DNA of 64,000 nt, taken from Dehalococcoidia bacterium (GTDB lineage: Bacteria > Chloroflexota > Dehalococcoidia > Bin125). The position numbers and the translations under genes were made by a program. The notes beneath the pieces are model-generated. The model had not been told where the DNA came from. It saw only the letters and a program-made list of their open reading frames with translations, and made no database searches. Of this stretch, positions 36,511-46,399 are shown piece after piece. Numbering within the stretch: position 1 is the first letter of the stretch; each line of letters opens with the position of its first letter. Where the stretch lies: assembly GCA_963555985.3 (NCBI GenBank), contig OY820591.1, forward strand, positions 2,240,001-2,304,000, read 5' to 3'.

Positions 36511-36723
36511 ATGAGCTTCTCCACGCACCCTCAGTTCCTCAACGAACATCGGCCCGATCATGGCTGTGGCGGCTGCTGGCGGTCGTTTCCTCGGGCGTGT
36601 CGATGCGGCGGGCAGATCCACGCGGAGCGGGGAGATGAGAGCGAGGCCGGGGATGTCTGGCTCAGGCGCTGGTGCTCGGAGTGCGGGATCGATTGGGACG
36701 AGCCGATTCGGGCGAAGTCGTAG
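36511..36723 (+). CDS. Small Cys-rich putative metal-binding protein (70 aa)
   Basis: HGCGGCW, CRCGGQIH, WCSECG; fills otherwise empty gap, followed by a hairpin. Confidence 0.55.
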   Translation: MSFSTHPQFLNEHRPDHGCGGCWRSFPRACRCGGQIHAERGDESEAGDVWLRRWCSECGIDWDEPIRAKS

Positions 36724-36735
36724 GCAGCGGGATGG

Positions 36736-36767
36736 GAGCGGGTCCCCGCGTGAAGCGGGGACTGGGA
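36736..36767. repeat. Palindromic element between convergent genes
   Basis: gtccccgc-gtgaa-gcggggac stem; identical to 11215-11246. Confidence 0.85.
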
Positions 36768-36772
36768 ACGGA

Positions 36773-37150
36773 TCAGGGCTCCGGTTGGAAGTGGGGATGG
36801 GCGACGGCCTCATCGGGCCAGAGGAAGTCGAATCCTGCTTTCAGGGCGTATTGGCGGTCCAGGTCCTCGCGGTCGCCGATGTGCAGATAGACATCCGCCT
36901 CAAACTTGGCTTTGACGTCGGGCAGCATGTGCTTGCCGACGACGAAGTCGACCTCGATGTCGTGGGTGGCCCAGAGCGCTCGTTGACTGCTGAGGGTGCG
37001 ATCGGAGCAGCTGCCGATCAGGAAGCTCTTGTCGCGTACCAGGCGAACCATGTCCATCGTCAGGGGGCCGGGGGGATCGCCGACTTCCAGGGTGCCGTCG
37101 ATATCGAAGCTGATCAGAACCGTCACGGGCGACTCCTCGTCCTCTGGCAT
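36773..37150 (-). CDS. Small HAD-superfamily hydrolase
   Basis: ISFDIDGTL motif I, HIGD..DRQYALKAGF motif IV. Confidence 0.85.
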   Translation of the reverse strand: MPEDEESPVTVLISFDIDGTLEVGDPPGPLTMDMVRLVRDKSFLIGSCSDRTLSSQRALWATHDIEVDFVVGKHMLPDVKAKFEADVYLHIGDREDLDRQYALKAGFDFLWPDEAVAHPHFQPEP

Positions 37151-37210
37151 GGCGGACGCCCCCTTTCAGCCTTTGGCAGCTTCCCCCTTGGGGGGAAGCG
37201 GGAAACTGAT

Positions 37211-38533
37211 CTAATCGAGGCTGGCGCTCCAGACGGTGTAGTTGCCGCCGAGGGGCATCGGCCCGCCCGAGACTCCAACTTCCGGCTTGACGCCGGTGAC
37301 CTGTCTGGCGCCGGCGCGGCCTTGCAGCTGTTGAATGCAGTCCGTGTGCATCCAGACGCGGCTGCGGCCACTGCCCACGTTGCCGCCGCTCGGGGAAACG
37401 GGGTTGGGGCCTTCGATGCTGATGTCGGTCTGGTAGAAGTCCAGCGCTTCGCCGAATTTGATCCCGCGATAGCCCAGGCCTTCCAGGTGGAATTGGTGGA
37501 AGAGCGAGAAGCCGTCGTACATGTTCTCGAAGGAGAGATCGTCGGCGGTGATCCCCGCGCCCTCGTAGATCTTGCGCGCGGTGCGGGCGGTGTCGGCTTC
37601 CACCTCATCGAGCGTGGGCAGCAAGCTGCGCGGTCGGGTGTTGCTGGAGGCGTGATTGAGGATGTAGACCGGCTTCTGCTTCATGTCCTGGGCGCGCTCG
37701 GCGGTGGAGAAGAGGTAGGCACCGGACATCATGATCGGAATGTCGTTGTCGAACAGGTTGGCGGGCTTGGCGATCCAGCGGGAGGCGAGATAGTCCTCCG
37801 GGATCAGTTCCTCGGGCCGGTGCTGAGCCCAGTAGCCCTCCGGGAACCTGAGGCCGTTGCGGCGCGAGTTCTCCATGAAGGGGGCCATCATTTCGTGCGT
37901 CTTGCCGTACTTGCGGCAATACTCCGCGAATTGCAGGGCTGTGCTGTAGGAGGCGGGACCGCCCCAGAGTTGGGTGATGGCTGGGGTGCCGGGCAGAGCG
38001 TTCCCGGCGTTGGCGCCGCCCTGGTAGTAGCGGCCCTCGAAGTTGTGCCAGCTCTTAACGACTAGGCAGGTGTGAGTGAGACCGTCGCCCACTGCCTGAG
38101 CGGTGACGTTGAGCGCGTTCGACATGCAGCCGGGGCCGTACATCGTGAACTTGACGTTGGTCAGTTCGGGCATGTTCGCCAGCAGCCACTCCGCGCTGAG
38201 CTTGGCGATGCCGTCGAGCGGGTCGTCGGTCTGCTTGAAGCTCTGGATCACGTCCATGGGAAGCGGCTTGCCCTGCTCCCAGAACGCGCCGGTCGTGGTG
38301 ACGGGGACCACGACCAGACCATCGATCTGGTCGGGCGCGACGCCGGCGTCGTCGATCGCCTTGCGCAGCGCATCGATGGTGATGGCGCCAACGCAGGTCT
38401 CGGGCCGGCCGTCCCAGCGCCGGGCCGTGGGCGCGTGACCGACGCCGACGGCGGCGACCTTGCCGCGGTGCTCCCAGATGCCGAGGCCTTCGTCGTTGCG
38501 GTAGATCGCATCCGGTGCAGTTGGTGTTGTCAT
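37211..38533 (-). CDS. SCP-x-type thiolase-fold protein
   Basis: VAAVGVG, ENMYDGFS, VSPSGGNVGSG, CIQQLQGRAGARQV; adjacent to DUF35 gene. Confidence 0.85.
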   Translation of the reverse strand: MTTPTAPDAIYRNDEGLGIWEHRGKVAAVGVGHAPTARRWDGRPETCVGAITIDALRKAIDDAGVAPDQIDGLVVVPVTTTGAFWEQGKPLPMDVIQSFKQTDDPLDGIAKLSAEWLLANMPELTNVKFTMYGPGCMSNALNVTAQAVGDGLTHTCLVVKSWHNFEGRYYQGGANAGNALPGTPAITQLWGGPASYSTALQFAEYCRKYGKTHEMMAPFMENSRRNGLRFPEGYWAQHRPEELIPEDYLASRWIAKPANLFDNDIPIMMSGAYLFSTAERAQDMKQKPVYILNHASSNTRPRSLLPTLDEVEADTARTARKIYEGAGITADDLSFENMYDGFSLFHQFHLEGLGYRGIKFGEALDFYQTDISIEGPNPVSPSGGNVGSGRSRVWMHTDCIQQLQGRAGARQVTGVKPEVGVSGGPMPLGGNYTVWSASLD

Positions 38534-38575
38534 TGCTCGTATTCCTTGGCGTAGGGGCGGTCAGGCGGATCGGGA

Positions 38576-38989
38576 TCAGTTGGCGATCACTCGCCACTCG
38601 GGGACGAGTTGACCGTTGGCCGAGGGCTCGAAGATCACTTCGACCGCCGCGCCGACCGGCACGTCGTCGACCGGTACGCCGGGCAGGTGCGAGTACATCT
38701 GAATGCCCGGGTCGTCGTCCAGCATGATCACGGCGAGGTTGAAGGGCTGATCTTGTTGGAGCAGCCGCACGGGGCAGTCGTGCACGACGCCGTAGTTGTA
38801 GATCGTGCCGCGCCCGCTGACCTGCTTCCACTCGAGTTCGCCGCCGTCGCCGCACTCGCGGCAGGCGTCCGACGGCGGATGCTGCAAACGATCGCAGTCG
38901 ACGCAGTTCTGGATGACGAGGCGCTCTTCGTTGGCGGCGTCCCAGAAGGGTTGAGTGAGGCTGTCCGGCTCGACGCCTTGCTTGGTCAT
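38576..38989 (-). CDS. Zn-ribbon/OB-fold protein (DUF35/ChsH2-like)
   Basis: PFWDAA, CVDC..HPP..CREC, SGRGTIY, VGAAVEVIF. Confidence 0.92.
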   Translation of the reverse strand: MTKQGVEPDSLTQPFWDAANEERLVIQNCVDCDRLQHPPSDACRECGDGGELEWKQVSGRGTIYNYGVVHDCPVRLLQQDQPFNLAVIMLDDDPGIQMYSHLPGVPVDDVPVGAAVEVIFEPSANGQLVPEWRVIAN

Positions 38990-39175
38990 CGCTTCCTCCC
39001 TGTCGCTGCGCAGCGCTGCTCAACCGTCTGCGGCGCTGGTACAGAATAGTGGCAGCGGCGGAGCGCGGCTTGCTCGCCCGCCATTCTTCCTCAAGACTCG
39101 CGCGTCGCGGTCGCATCTCCGCTTGCTAGGCTGGCCCTGACGATCATCCTTGGCATCGTCGCAGAAACTCAGCCC

Positions 39176-39478
39176 ATGTCCACTCAATACTCTCCCAACG
39201 ACGCGCGCACCATCAACGCCTCTGAGTTCGAAGCCCGCTGCCTCGCCCTGATCGACGAGGTAGCCGAAACCGGCGCGCCGATCACGATCACCAAAGACGG
39301 CCAGCCGGTCTCCCGTCTCGTTCCCTGCACTCCGGCGGAACGCAAGGGCCCGCCCTTCCCCAGTCCGATTGGCGCAGATCGAGACATCCTCATAATTTAT
39401 GACGACGACGCTCTCGTGGAGCCGCTGGCGAATGATTGGGAGGAAGAGTGGGACAAGCAGTGGGAGGAGTGGCTGTGA
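39176..39478 (+). CDS. Phd/YefM-family antitoxin
   Basis: INASEFEARCLALIDEV..PITITKDGQPVSRLVP. Confidence 0.9.
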   Translation: MSTQYSPNDARTINASEFEARCLALIDEVAETGAPITITKDGQPVSRLVPCTPAERKGPPFPSPIGADRDILIIYDDDALVEPLANDWEEEWDKQWEEWL

Positions 39479-39879
39479 TCCTGCTCGATACGCATGTCCT
39501 GCTTTGGGCTCGGGCAGGCAGGTCGCAATTAGGCAGACAGGCTGCGGCGATAGTGAATGAAGCTTGGAGGCGTGGCGAGGCGGCCGTCTCGGCGCTGACG
39601 TTCTGGGAGCTCGCAATGCGCCAAGCAAAGTTACAGCTCACCTTGGACACCGGCATAGATCTGGCAACGTGGCGCATTCGACTCCTGGACAGCGGATTGA
39701 ACGAGATTCCTCTCAACGGAGAGATCGGTATCCGCGCCGGACTCCTGGCCGACCTCCACGGCGATCCCGCCGACCGCATCATCGTCGCCACCGCTCTGGA
39801 AGGCCACCAACTGGTCACCGCCGACCGGCGCATTCTCGGTTGGAGCGGCCAGCTCGAACGAATCGACGCCAGGCGCTAG
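39475..39879 (+). CDS. vapC: PIN-domain VapC toxin
   Basis: GTG start 39475 (GTGA overlap); ILLDTHVLLW, FWE, HGDPADRIIVATA. Confidence 0.92.
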   Translation: MILLDTHVLLWARAGRSQLGRQAAAIVNEAWRRGEAAVSALTFWELAMRQAKLQLTLDTGIDLATWRIRLLDSGLNEIPLNGEIGIRAGLLADLHGDPADRIIVATALEGHQLVTADRRILGWSGQLERIDARR

Positions 39880-39886
39880 CCCCGAT

Positions 39887-41530
39887 TCAGAGCGGAACCG
39901 CCAATCCGTCACTCCGTGGATCGCTCCCGCCGACCAATACGCCCGCCTCCGGATCGCGCACGATCACCTGGCCTTTGCCCACGACGCCCGTCCGCATCTC
40001 GCCGGTCGCCGGCATGACTGGGTGGCCTCGCAGCGCCAGCTTCGACAGCACCTCAATCCCCAGCGTGTCCTCGACGTAGATGCGACCGTTCGGCGGCTCC
40101 TCGTACATCGAGACCCTCGGCTCATCGATCGCGGATTGCGCGTCCATCCCTCGATCGATCAGGTTGATCGCCACTTGTGTCTGGCCCTGCGGCTGATTCC
40201 AGCCGCCCATCACCCCATAGCTGGCAAACAGCGAGCCGTCCCAGCGCGTGATCATGCTGGGCATGATCGTGTGATACGGACGCTTGCCTCCAGCGATCGC
40301 GTTCGGGTGATCGGTATGTTCTCGATCCACTACGAACCCTGCCCCGCGATTCTGCAAGCTGAACCCGCACTCGCGCGGCACGATGCAAGTGCCAAAGCCC
40401 TCGTAGTTCGAGTTAATGAAGGAGCAGGCGTTCCCGTCGCCGTCCGCCGCCGAGAGGTACACCGTGTCCGACTTCCCTGGCAACAATCCGCTCGCTGCGT
40501 GCTCGATCGCGCAGTCAGGATCGATCAGCGCCCGCCGCTTGGCCGCATACGCCTTGTCCAGCATCGCCTCAACCGGAACCTCCGACTTGACCGGATCTGC
40601 CACCAGCGCCCGCGCATCGGCGAATGCCAGGCGCAGCGCCTCGAGCACCACGTGCAGATATTCCGCCGAGCGCGCCGGCAACGACGGAATGTCGAACCCC
40701 TCGAGAATGTTGAGCGCCATCAGCGTCGTGATCCCCTGTCCGTTCGGAGGGCATTCCCACACTCGATAGCGCCGGTAGGTCGTCGAGATCGGATCCTCAA
40801 ACGTCGAACAATGATTGGCCAGGTCTTCCGCAGCCATCACGCCTCCGTGACCCTCCAGCGCCTCTACGATCTTCGCCGCCGGACGACCCTGATAGAACGC
40901 TGCCGGCCCACCTTCAGCCAACTCCCGCAGCACTCGCCCCAAGAGCGGATTGCGCCAGACCTGTCCCGCCTTCGGCGCTTCGCCATCCAACAGCATGTCC
41001 TGTCCCGCCGGACCCTGCGCCGCCAGCAACTCCGCCTGGAACGCCCAGCCGCGCGCGATCACCGGCGTCATCACAAACCCGCCCTCGGCGATCGCAATCG
41101 CCGGCGCGAGCACATCCGCCAACGTCATCCGCCCAAACCGCGACACTGTGTCATGCCAGCCCGCTGCCGACCCCGGAACCGTCACCGCGTGCGGACCCTG
41201 ACGCTGCCAGCCACCCGCGGTGCTCAGCGCAGTCTCCAGGTCGAGCGCAGCCGGACTGCGGCCGCTGCCGTTGATCGCTGAGACCGACTGATCCTCGGCG
41301 CGATAGAACAGGCAGAAGCAGTCGCCCCCGATCCCGGTGGAGGTTGGCTCGGTCACTCCGAGCACGGCAGCGGTGGCGACCGCTGCGTCGGCCGCGTTGC
41401 CTCCTTCCCGCAGGATCTGGAGACCTGCAAGCGCAGCGAGGGGTTGGCTCGCGCCGACGATCCCGCGCGTGGAGAGCACGGGCGAACGGCGCGATTCGAA
41501 GCGGATGGGGTGGTTGATGGCGTATGTCAT
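39887..41530 (-). CDS. ggt: Gamma-glutamyltransferase
   Basis: Start moved to ATG at 41530; GGNAADAAVA, GIGGDCF, PPNGQG, DTVY, KRPYHTI, GVMGG, SDPRSDG. Confidence 0.95.
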   Translation of the reverse strand: MTYAINHPIRFESRRSPVLSTRGIVGASQPLAALAGLQILREGGNAADAAVATAAVLGVTEPTSTGIGGDCFCLFYRAEDQSVSAINGSGRSPAALDLETALSTAGGWQRQGPHAVTVPGSAAGWHDTVSRFGRMTLADVLAPAIAIAEGGFVMTPVIARGWAFQAELLAAQGPAGQDMLLDGEAPKAGQVWRNPLLGRVLRELAEGGPAAFYQGRPAAKIVEALEGHGGVMAAEDLANHCSTFEDPISTTYRRYRVWECPPNGQGITTLMALNILEGFDIPSLPARSAEYLHVVLEALRLAFADARALVADPVKSEVPVEAMLDKAYAAKRRALIDPDCAIEHAASGLLPGKSDTVYLSAADGDGNACSFINSNYEGFGTCIVPRECGFSLQNRGAGFVVDREHTDHPNAIAGGKRPYHTIMPSMITRWDGSLFASYGVMGGWNQPQGQTQVAINLIDRGMDAQSAIDEPRVSMYEEPPNGRIYVEDTLGIEVLSKLALRGHPVMPATGEMRTGVVGKGQVIVRDPEAGVLVGGSDPRSDGLAVPL

Positions 41531-41617
41531 GGCGCAAGTGTAGGCATCCTGTGATCCTCTAAACTGAACCAGCGCAGATCGCGCTAAACCCACATCCTCA
41601 CGCTCGAAGGAGCTGCC

Positions 41618-42535
41618 ATGACCACCGCCGCCGCGCCGACCATTACCAAGGAGCAGGTCGATTTCTACCACGAAAACGGCTTCCTGCTGATGCCCAAGCT
41701 GCTCCCCGACGACGTGCTCCAGGCGCTCCGCGACGAAACCGACCGGATCGTGGCCGAAGCCACCGGCCTCACCGATCACAACGCGCAGTACGACCTCGAA
41801 GATTCGCACACGCCCGAAGAACCGCGCGTGCGCCGGCTCAAGTCCCCTTCCTGGCACTGGCCCTTCTTCCGCGAGCTCGCGCAGCACCCGGTGCTGATGG
41901 AGGTCGTGACCGCCCTGATCGGCCCCAACGTCCGCCTCCAGAACGACAAGCTCAACATGAAGGCCGCCGAGTACGGCGCGCCCGTCGAGTGGCACCAGGA
42001 CTGGCCCTTCTACCCCCACACCAACGACGACCTCGTCGCCGCCGGCATCCTGCTCGACGACTGCTACGCCGTCAACGGCCCGCTGCTGGTCGTGCCGGGC
42101 TCGCACAAGCGCAAGATCTACGACCACCACCACCCCGAAGGCCGCTACTTCACCGGCGCCGTCGAACCGGAAGAGTTCGACTGGGACATGGAGAAGGATC
42201 TGGTCGCGCTGGAGGGGCCGGCGGGATCGGTCTCGTTCCACCATGTGCGGACGATGCACGGGTCGGCGCTGAACCGATCGGAGAATCCGCGCCGGTTGTT
42301 GCTCTTCGGCTACGCCGCCGCCGACGCCTGGCCGATCATGGGCCTGGGCAAGATGACGCTCGATCAGTACAACGGCTTCATGTGCGCCGGAGATACCGTC
42401 GAGCAGCCGCGTCAGACCGAGGTGCCGGCGTATCTGCCGTTGCCGGCCTCGCCGAAGCAGGGGTCGATCTACGAGAATCAGAAGACGGTCAAGAATCGAT
42501 TCTTCGACACCTACGAGGATCGCCGGAAGGGGTAA
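41618..42535 (+). CDS. Phytanoyl-CoA dioxygenase (PhyH) family Fe(II)/2OG oxygenase
   Basis: FYHENGF, WHQD, NGPLLVVPGSH, HGS..N.S..PRR. Confidence 0.93.
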   Translation: MTTAAAPTITKEQVDFYHENGFLLMPKLLPDDVLQALRDETDRIVAEATGLTDHNAQYDLEDSHTPEEPRVRRLKSPSWHWPFFRELAQHPVLMEVVTALIGPNVRLQNDKLNMKAAEYGAPVEWHQDWPFYPHTNDDLVAAGILLDDCYAVNGPLLVVPGSHKRKIYDHHHPEGRYFTGAVEPEEFDWDMEKDLVALEGPAGSVSFHHVRTMHGSALNRSENPRRLLLFGYAAADAWPIMGLGKMTLDQYNGFMCAGDTVEQPRQTEVPAYLPLPASPKQGSIYENQKTVKNRFFDTYEDRRKG

Positions 42536-42604
42536 TCCAGAACTCGCTCTGGAAGCGGCCCGCGGCAAAGCCAAGAGCAAGATTCAAAAGGGGGCTAGAC
42601 GCCT

Positions 42605-43423
42605 GTGACCAATATGGCCAGAGCAGAGGCTCTCACTCGACTTGAGGAATCCATCGATCAGTGCCGCTCTCTCAAGGGGGGGAGCACCGACACCCAAGAT
42701 TTCAAAGTCTGGCACAGAAACACCTCCGTCGCCCTCAGATACATATTCGGCGAGCAGAGCGATCATCTGGAGGAGTTTCAGAACATCAGCTACACCCCTT
42801 GGGTATACGTCTCGGGAATGACTGACGCGGACTTCAGGCCGCCGTACGAAGCAGGGCTGAATCGAGCCGAGGCCATGTTGCTGTCGATGCATGAAGAGAT
42901 TGAAGAGTTCTGGAAGGAAGATCGCAAAACTGAGTCGAGAGATCTCGCTCCTGAGACTCAGCGTACGGGGTCCGGGGACAGGGTTTTTCTCGTGCATGGT
43001 CGCGACGATGGAGCCAAGGACTCGGTCGCGAGATATCTGGCGGAGTTGGGACTTGGCGTGGTTGTCCTGCATGAGCAGCCAAACAGGGGCCGTACGATCA
43101 TCGAGAAATTTGAAGACTACTCGGATGTCGGATCCGCGATTGTCCTGTGCACGGGAGACGATGTTGGTTCTCTGAGGGGAGCGGAAGAGGACATGGAGTC
43201 TCGAGCAAGGCAGAACGTGATATTCGAGTGGGGATACTTCGTTGGGAAGCTGGGGCGTGAGCGGGTGTTCGCGCTGGTTGCCGAAGGCATCACTCGCCCG
43301 TCGGACTATGACGGCGTGATCTACGTCCCGTTCGATGCGTCAGGTGCTTGGAGACTGTTGCTGGGCCAAGAAATGCGGGCCGCAGGCTTGCCGATCGACT
43401 TGAACCAGCTGGGACGGCGATAG
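42605..43423 (+). CDS. TIR-like nucleotide-binding domain protein (CAP12/PycTIR-type TIR)
   Basis: RVFLVHGRD, TIIEKFE, DDVG, RARQNVIFEWGYFVGKLGR, PSDYDG; start may be ATG 42614. Confidence 0.88.
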   Translation: MTNMARAEALTRLEESIDQCRSLKGGSTDTQDFKVWHRNTSVALRYIFGEQSDHLEEFQNISYTPWVYVSGMTDADFRPPYEAGLNRAEAMLLSMHEEIEEFWKEDRKTESRDLAPETQRTGSGDRVFLVHGRDDGAKDSVARYLAELGLGVVVLHEQPNRGRTIIEKFEDYSDVGSAIVLCTGDDVGSLRGAEEDMESRARQNVIFEWGYFVGKLGRERVFALVAEGITRPSDYDGVIYVPFDASGAWRLLLGQEMRAAGLPIDLNQLGRR

Positions 43424-43548
43424 ACCCAGCTGGGTCTCCATGGCAACGGCGAAGATCGTCGGCTCAGCGCCGGAAATCAAAGAAGCAAGCAGGCTACTTG
43501 GCCGTTGCCAATTCGCTAGCCTTCTGCTAATCGAGCGGGAGGTACCTC

Positions 43549-45393
43549 ATGTCGAACTCGAACTACTGGAAGCGAATGCGGAACCGGCGGCTGTCTCGCC
43601 GGGCCGTGCTGCGATCGGCGGCGACGGCGGGAGTCGGCGCGGCCGGCTTGGCTCTGGTCGGCTGCGGCGACGATGACGACGACCAGCAGCAGGCGGCGCC
43701 GGCCGCAGCACAGGCCGAGCCGCAACAGGAGCAACAGCAACAGACGGCCGCGCAGGTCGCTCAGCAGGCCGAGCAGCAGGAACAGCAGGCCGAACAGCAA
43801 CAGCAGGCGATGCAGCAACAGCAACAGCAGGCCGCTGTCGCTCAGGCCCAGGAGACGGACGACACCCCGCCGATCGGCGGGGAGTTGCGGATTTCGGATA
43901 CGTCCGACTTGGCCTCGTTCGACGGCTTCCTCACTTTCGGCTACAAGGCCTTCCTACACGGTCACAACTGCTACCCGATGCTGACCCAGTTCTCCAATAA
44001 CCCGGGCCAGTCATCGATCGACTTCCAGCCCGAACTCTGGCTGGCCGACTCCTATGAGCAGCCCGACGACTCCACCTGGCTCTTCACGATCAAGGCCAAC
44101 GCCGTCTGGGAAGACCGCGAGCCGGTCAACGGTCGCAATGTGACAGCCGAGGATGTCGCGTTCTCCTTCGAGGAGGAGCGCTACGGCGGATATCCCAACC
44201 GCGGCGCGATCCAGCCCAGCCTCGTCGGTGTCGAAGCGACCGACGACCGCACGGTCAAGTTCGACCTCAACGGCCCGCTCGCGCCCTTCCTGCTCTACCT
44301 CGGACACCACGCCGGCCCCTATGTGATGCCGCCCGAGCTGCTCATTGACGAGCAGTCGCGCACCACCATGATCAGCGCCGGGCCGTTCCTGCTCGACGAG
44401 TACGAACCCGGCTCCCGTGTCGTCTACAAGCGCAACCCCGATTACTTCGACGCGCCCAAGCCCTACGCCGACACCCTTGTCATCAACTTCATCAGCGACA
44501 ACTCCGCCATCGCCGCCGCCTTCCTCACCGGCGAACTCAACACCACCTGGTTCGGCGTCGCCCCGCCAATCGTCGAAGAACTCGAAGAAGGCATCCCCGG
44601 CGCGACCTGGGAGTTCCAGCCCAGCCTCGTGATCGGCGGCATCTTCCCCGACCTCGCCCTCGAACCGTTCACCGACCCCCGCGTGCGCCAGGCGATCTCG
44701 GTCGCCATCGACCGCGATTCGATCCTGACCGTCGGCGGCGCGCTCGAGCGAGGCCAATGGTCCACCGCCCTCCCGCCGCTCGCCGGCTGGTGGGTCAATC
44801 CCAAGGAGGACGACGCGCTCGGCGCCTACTACCGCCATGATCCCGCCAAAGCCAGGCAACTGTTGGACGCCGCCGGCGTTGACGAACTCAGCGGCGTGCC
44901 CTTCCACACCACCACCGCCTACGGCCCGATCTTCGCCGAACAGTCGCAGGTCGTGCAGGCCAACCTGCTCCAGGTCGGCGTCGGCGTCGACCTCGTCGTC
45001 AACGAGCCGACCGTTCACTACTCCACGATCTTCAACGGCAGCACCACCGGTGTGATCGGACACACCCTCTCCGTGGCCTCGATCGAGCCGGACGAAGCGT
45101 TGCGCAACGTCTTCATTCCCGACAGCCCGCGCAGCCCCATTCCCAACGGCGAGCTGATGGGTGAAGACGCGCGTCTGCTCGAGCTGCTCAACCAGCAGCG
45201 CACCGAGAGCGATGTCGAAGCGCGCCGAGCCCAGCTCTACGACCTGCAACTCCACATCGCCGAGCAGATGTACTCGGTCCCCTGGGTCAACCCGCCGATC
45301 TCGCAGATCGCGCGGCCTGAACTCTCCGGCGTGCAATTCATCCAGACCTTCGCGCCCGCCCCCTCGCTGGAGGACATGTGGTTCAACACCTAG
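43549..45393 (+). CDS. ABC transporter substrate-binding lipoprotein (family 5), Tat-type signal, Gln-rich linker
   Basis: SRRAVL, LALVGC, poly-Q, PVNGRNVTAEDV, PFTDPRVRQAIS. Confidence 0.9.
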   Translation: MSNSNYWKRMRNRRLSRRAVLRSAATAGVGAAGLALVGCGDDDDDQQQAAPAAAQAEPQQEQQQQTAAQVAQQAEQQEQQAEQQQQAMQQQQQQAAVAQAQETDDTPPIGGELRISDTSDLASFDGFLTFGYKAFLHGHNCYPMLTQFSNNPGQSSIDFQPELWLADSYEQPDDSTWLFTIKANAVWEDREPVNGRNVTAEDVAFSFEEERYGGYPNRGAIQPSLVGVEATDDRTVKFDLNGPLAPFLLYLGHHAGPYVMPPELLIDEQSRTTMISAGPFLLDEYEPGSRVVYKRNPDYFDAPKPYADTLVINFISDNSAIAAAFLTGELNTTWFGVAPPIVEELEEGIPGATWEFQPSLVIGGIFPDLALEPFTDPRVRQAISVAIDRDSILTVGGALERGQWSTALPPLAGWWVNPKEDDALGAYYRHDPAKARQLLDAAGVDELSGVPFHTTTAYGPIFAEQSQVVQANLLQVGVGVDLVVNEPTVHYSTIFNGSTTGVIGHTLSVASIEPDEALRNVFIPDSPRSPIPNGELMGEDARLLELLNQQRTESDVEARRAQLYDLQLHIAEQMYSVPWVNPPISQIARPELSGVQFIQTFAPAPSLEDMWFNT

Positions 45394-45441
45394 GCGGCGC
45401 GAGCTAGCGATTCGAGCGGCGGCGGACAAGGGGGCGGCCAG

Positions 45442-46392
45442 ATGCGCGGCTACCTCGTCCGCCGCATACTCCTCGCCATCCTCACGCTCTTCGGCATCAG
45501 CGTGATCGTCGCAGGAGTCATGCGCACCCTCCCGGGCGATGTCGTCGATGTGCTCGCCGCCGAAGCCTTCTACGACGACACCGAGAAAGAGCGACTGCGC
45601 GAGGAACTCGGTCTTGACGCGCCCTTCTTCGAGTATTTCGGCAACTGGTTCGTAGACGCTGTCCAGGGCGACTTCGGCAAGGCGCTCCGCACCCAGCGCG
45701 ATGTGCGTGGCGATCTTGTCAACCGCATCGACGTGACGATCGAGCTCGCCATTCTCGGTCTCATCATCGCCACGATGATCTCCGTGCCCCTGGGCGTGAT
45801 CGCCGCGCTCCAGCGCAGCCGCTGGCCCGATTATGTGGCCCGCAGCATCGCCGTCTTCGCGCTCGCCATCCCCGGATTCTGGCTCGCCACTCTCGCCATC
45901 GTCTTCGGCGCCAAATGGTTCACTTGGTCGCCGCCCCTGGGCTATCAGGCGATCTGGGAAGCGCCGCTCACCAATCTCCAGCAAATGTGGCTGCCCGCCC
46001 TGCTCTTCGGACTGATCCTCGCCGGCGTCCAAACCCGCATCCTCCGCACCGCCCTGCTCGATGTCCTGCGCCAGGATTACATGCTCACCGCACGCGCAAA
46101 AGGCCTCTCGCGCACCCTGCTCCTGCGCCGACACGCGCTGCGCAACTCCCTGATCCCCTTCATCACCGTGATTGGAGTGCAGTTCCCCGTAGTACTCGGC
46201 GGCTCGGTCGTCTTCGAATTGATCTTCAGCCTGCCGGGCATCGGCACCTACCTGCTCGACGGTATCGCCAACCGCGACTACATCGTCGTGCAGGCCGTCA
46301 ACGTCTGGATCGCCGGCGCCGTGATCCTCACCAACCTCTTCGTGGACGTGTCGTATGGCTTCCTCGACCCACGCATCCGCGTCAGCAGCTGA
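45442..46392 (+). CDS. ABC transporter permease (DppB-like)
   Basis: QDYMLTARAKGL..RHALRN, LDPRIR. Confidence 0.93.
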   Translation: MRGYLVRRILLAILTLFGISVIVAGVMRTLPGDVVDVLAAEAFYDDTEKERLREELGLDAPFFEYFGNWFVDAVQGDFGKALRTQRDVRGDLVNRIDVTIELAILGLIIATMISVPLGVIAALQRSRWPDYVARSIAVFALAIPGFWLATLAIVFGAKWFTWSPPLGYQAIWEAPLTNLQQMWLPALLFGLILAGVQTRILRTALLDVLRQDYMLTARAKGLSRTLLLRRHALRNSLIPFITVIGVQFPVVLGGSVVFELIFSLPGIGTYLLDGIANRDYIVVQAVNVWIAGAVILTNLFVDVSYGFLDPRIRVSS

Positions 46393-46399
46393 GCCGCCC

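Noticed and set aside
39887-42580. 897-aa GGT fusion protein
   Set aside because: The extra N-terminal part is antisense to the PhyH gene; GGT homology starts at 41530
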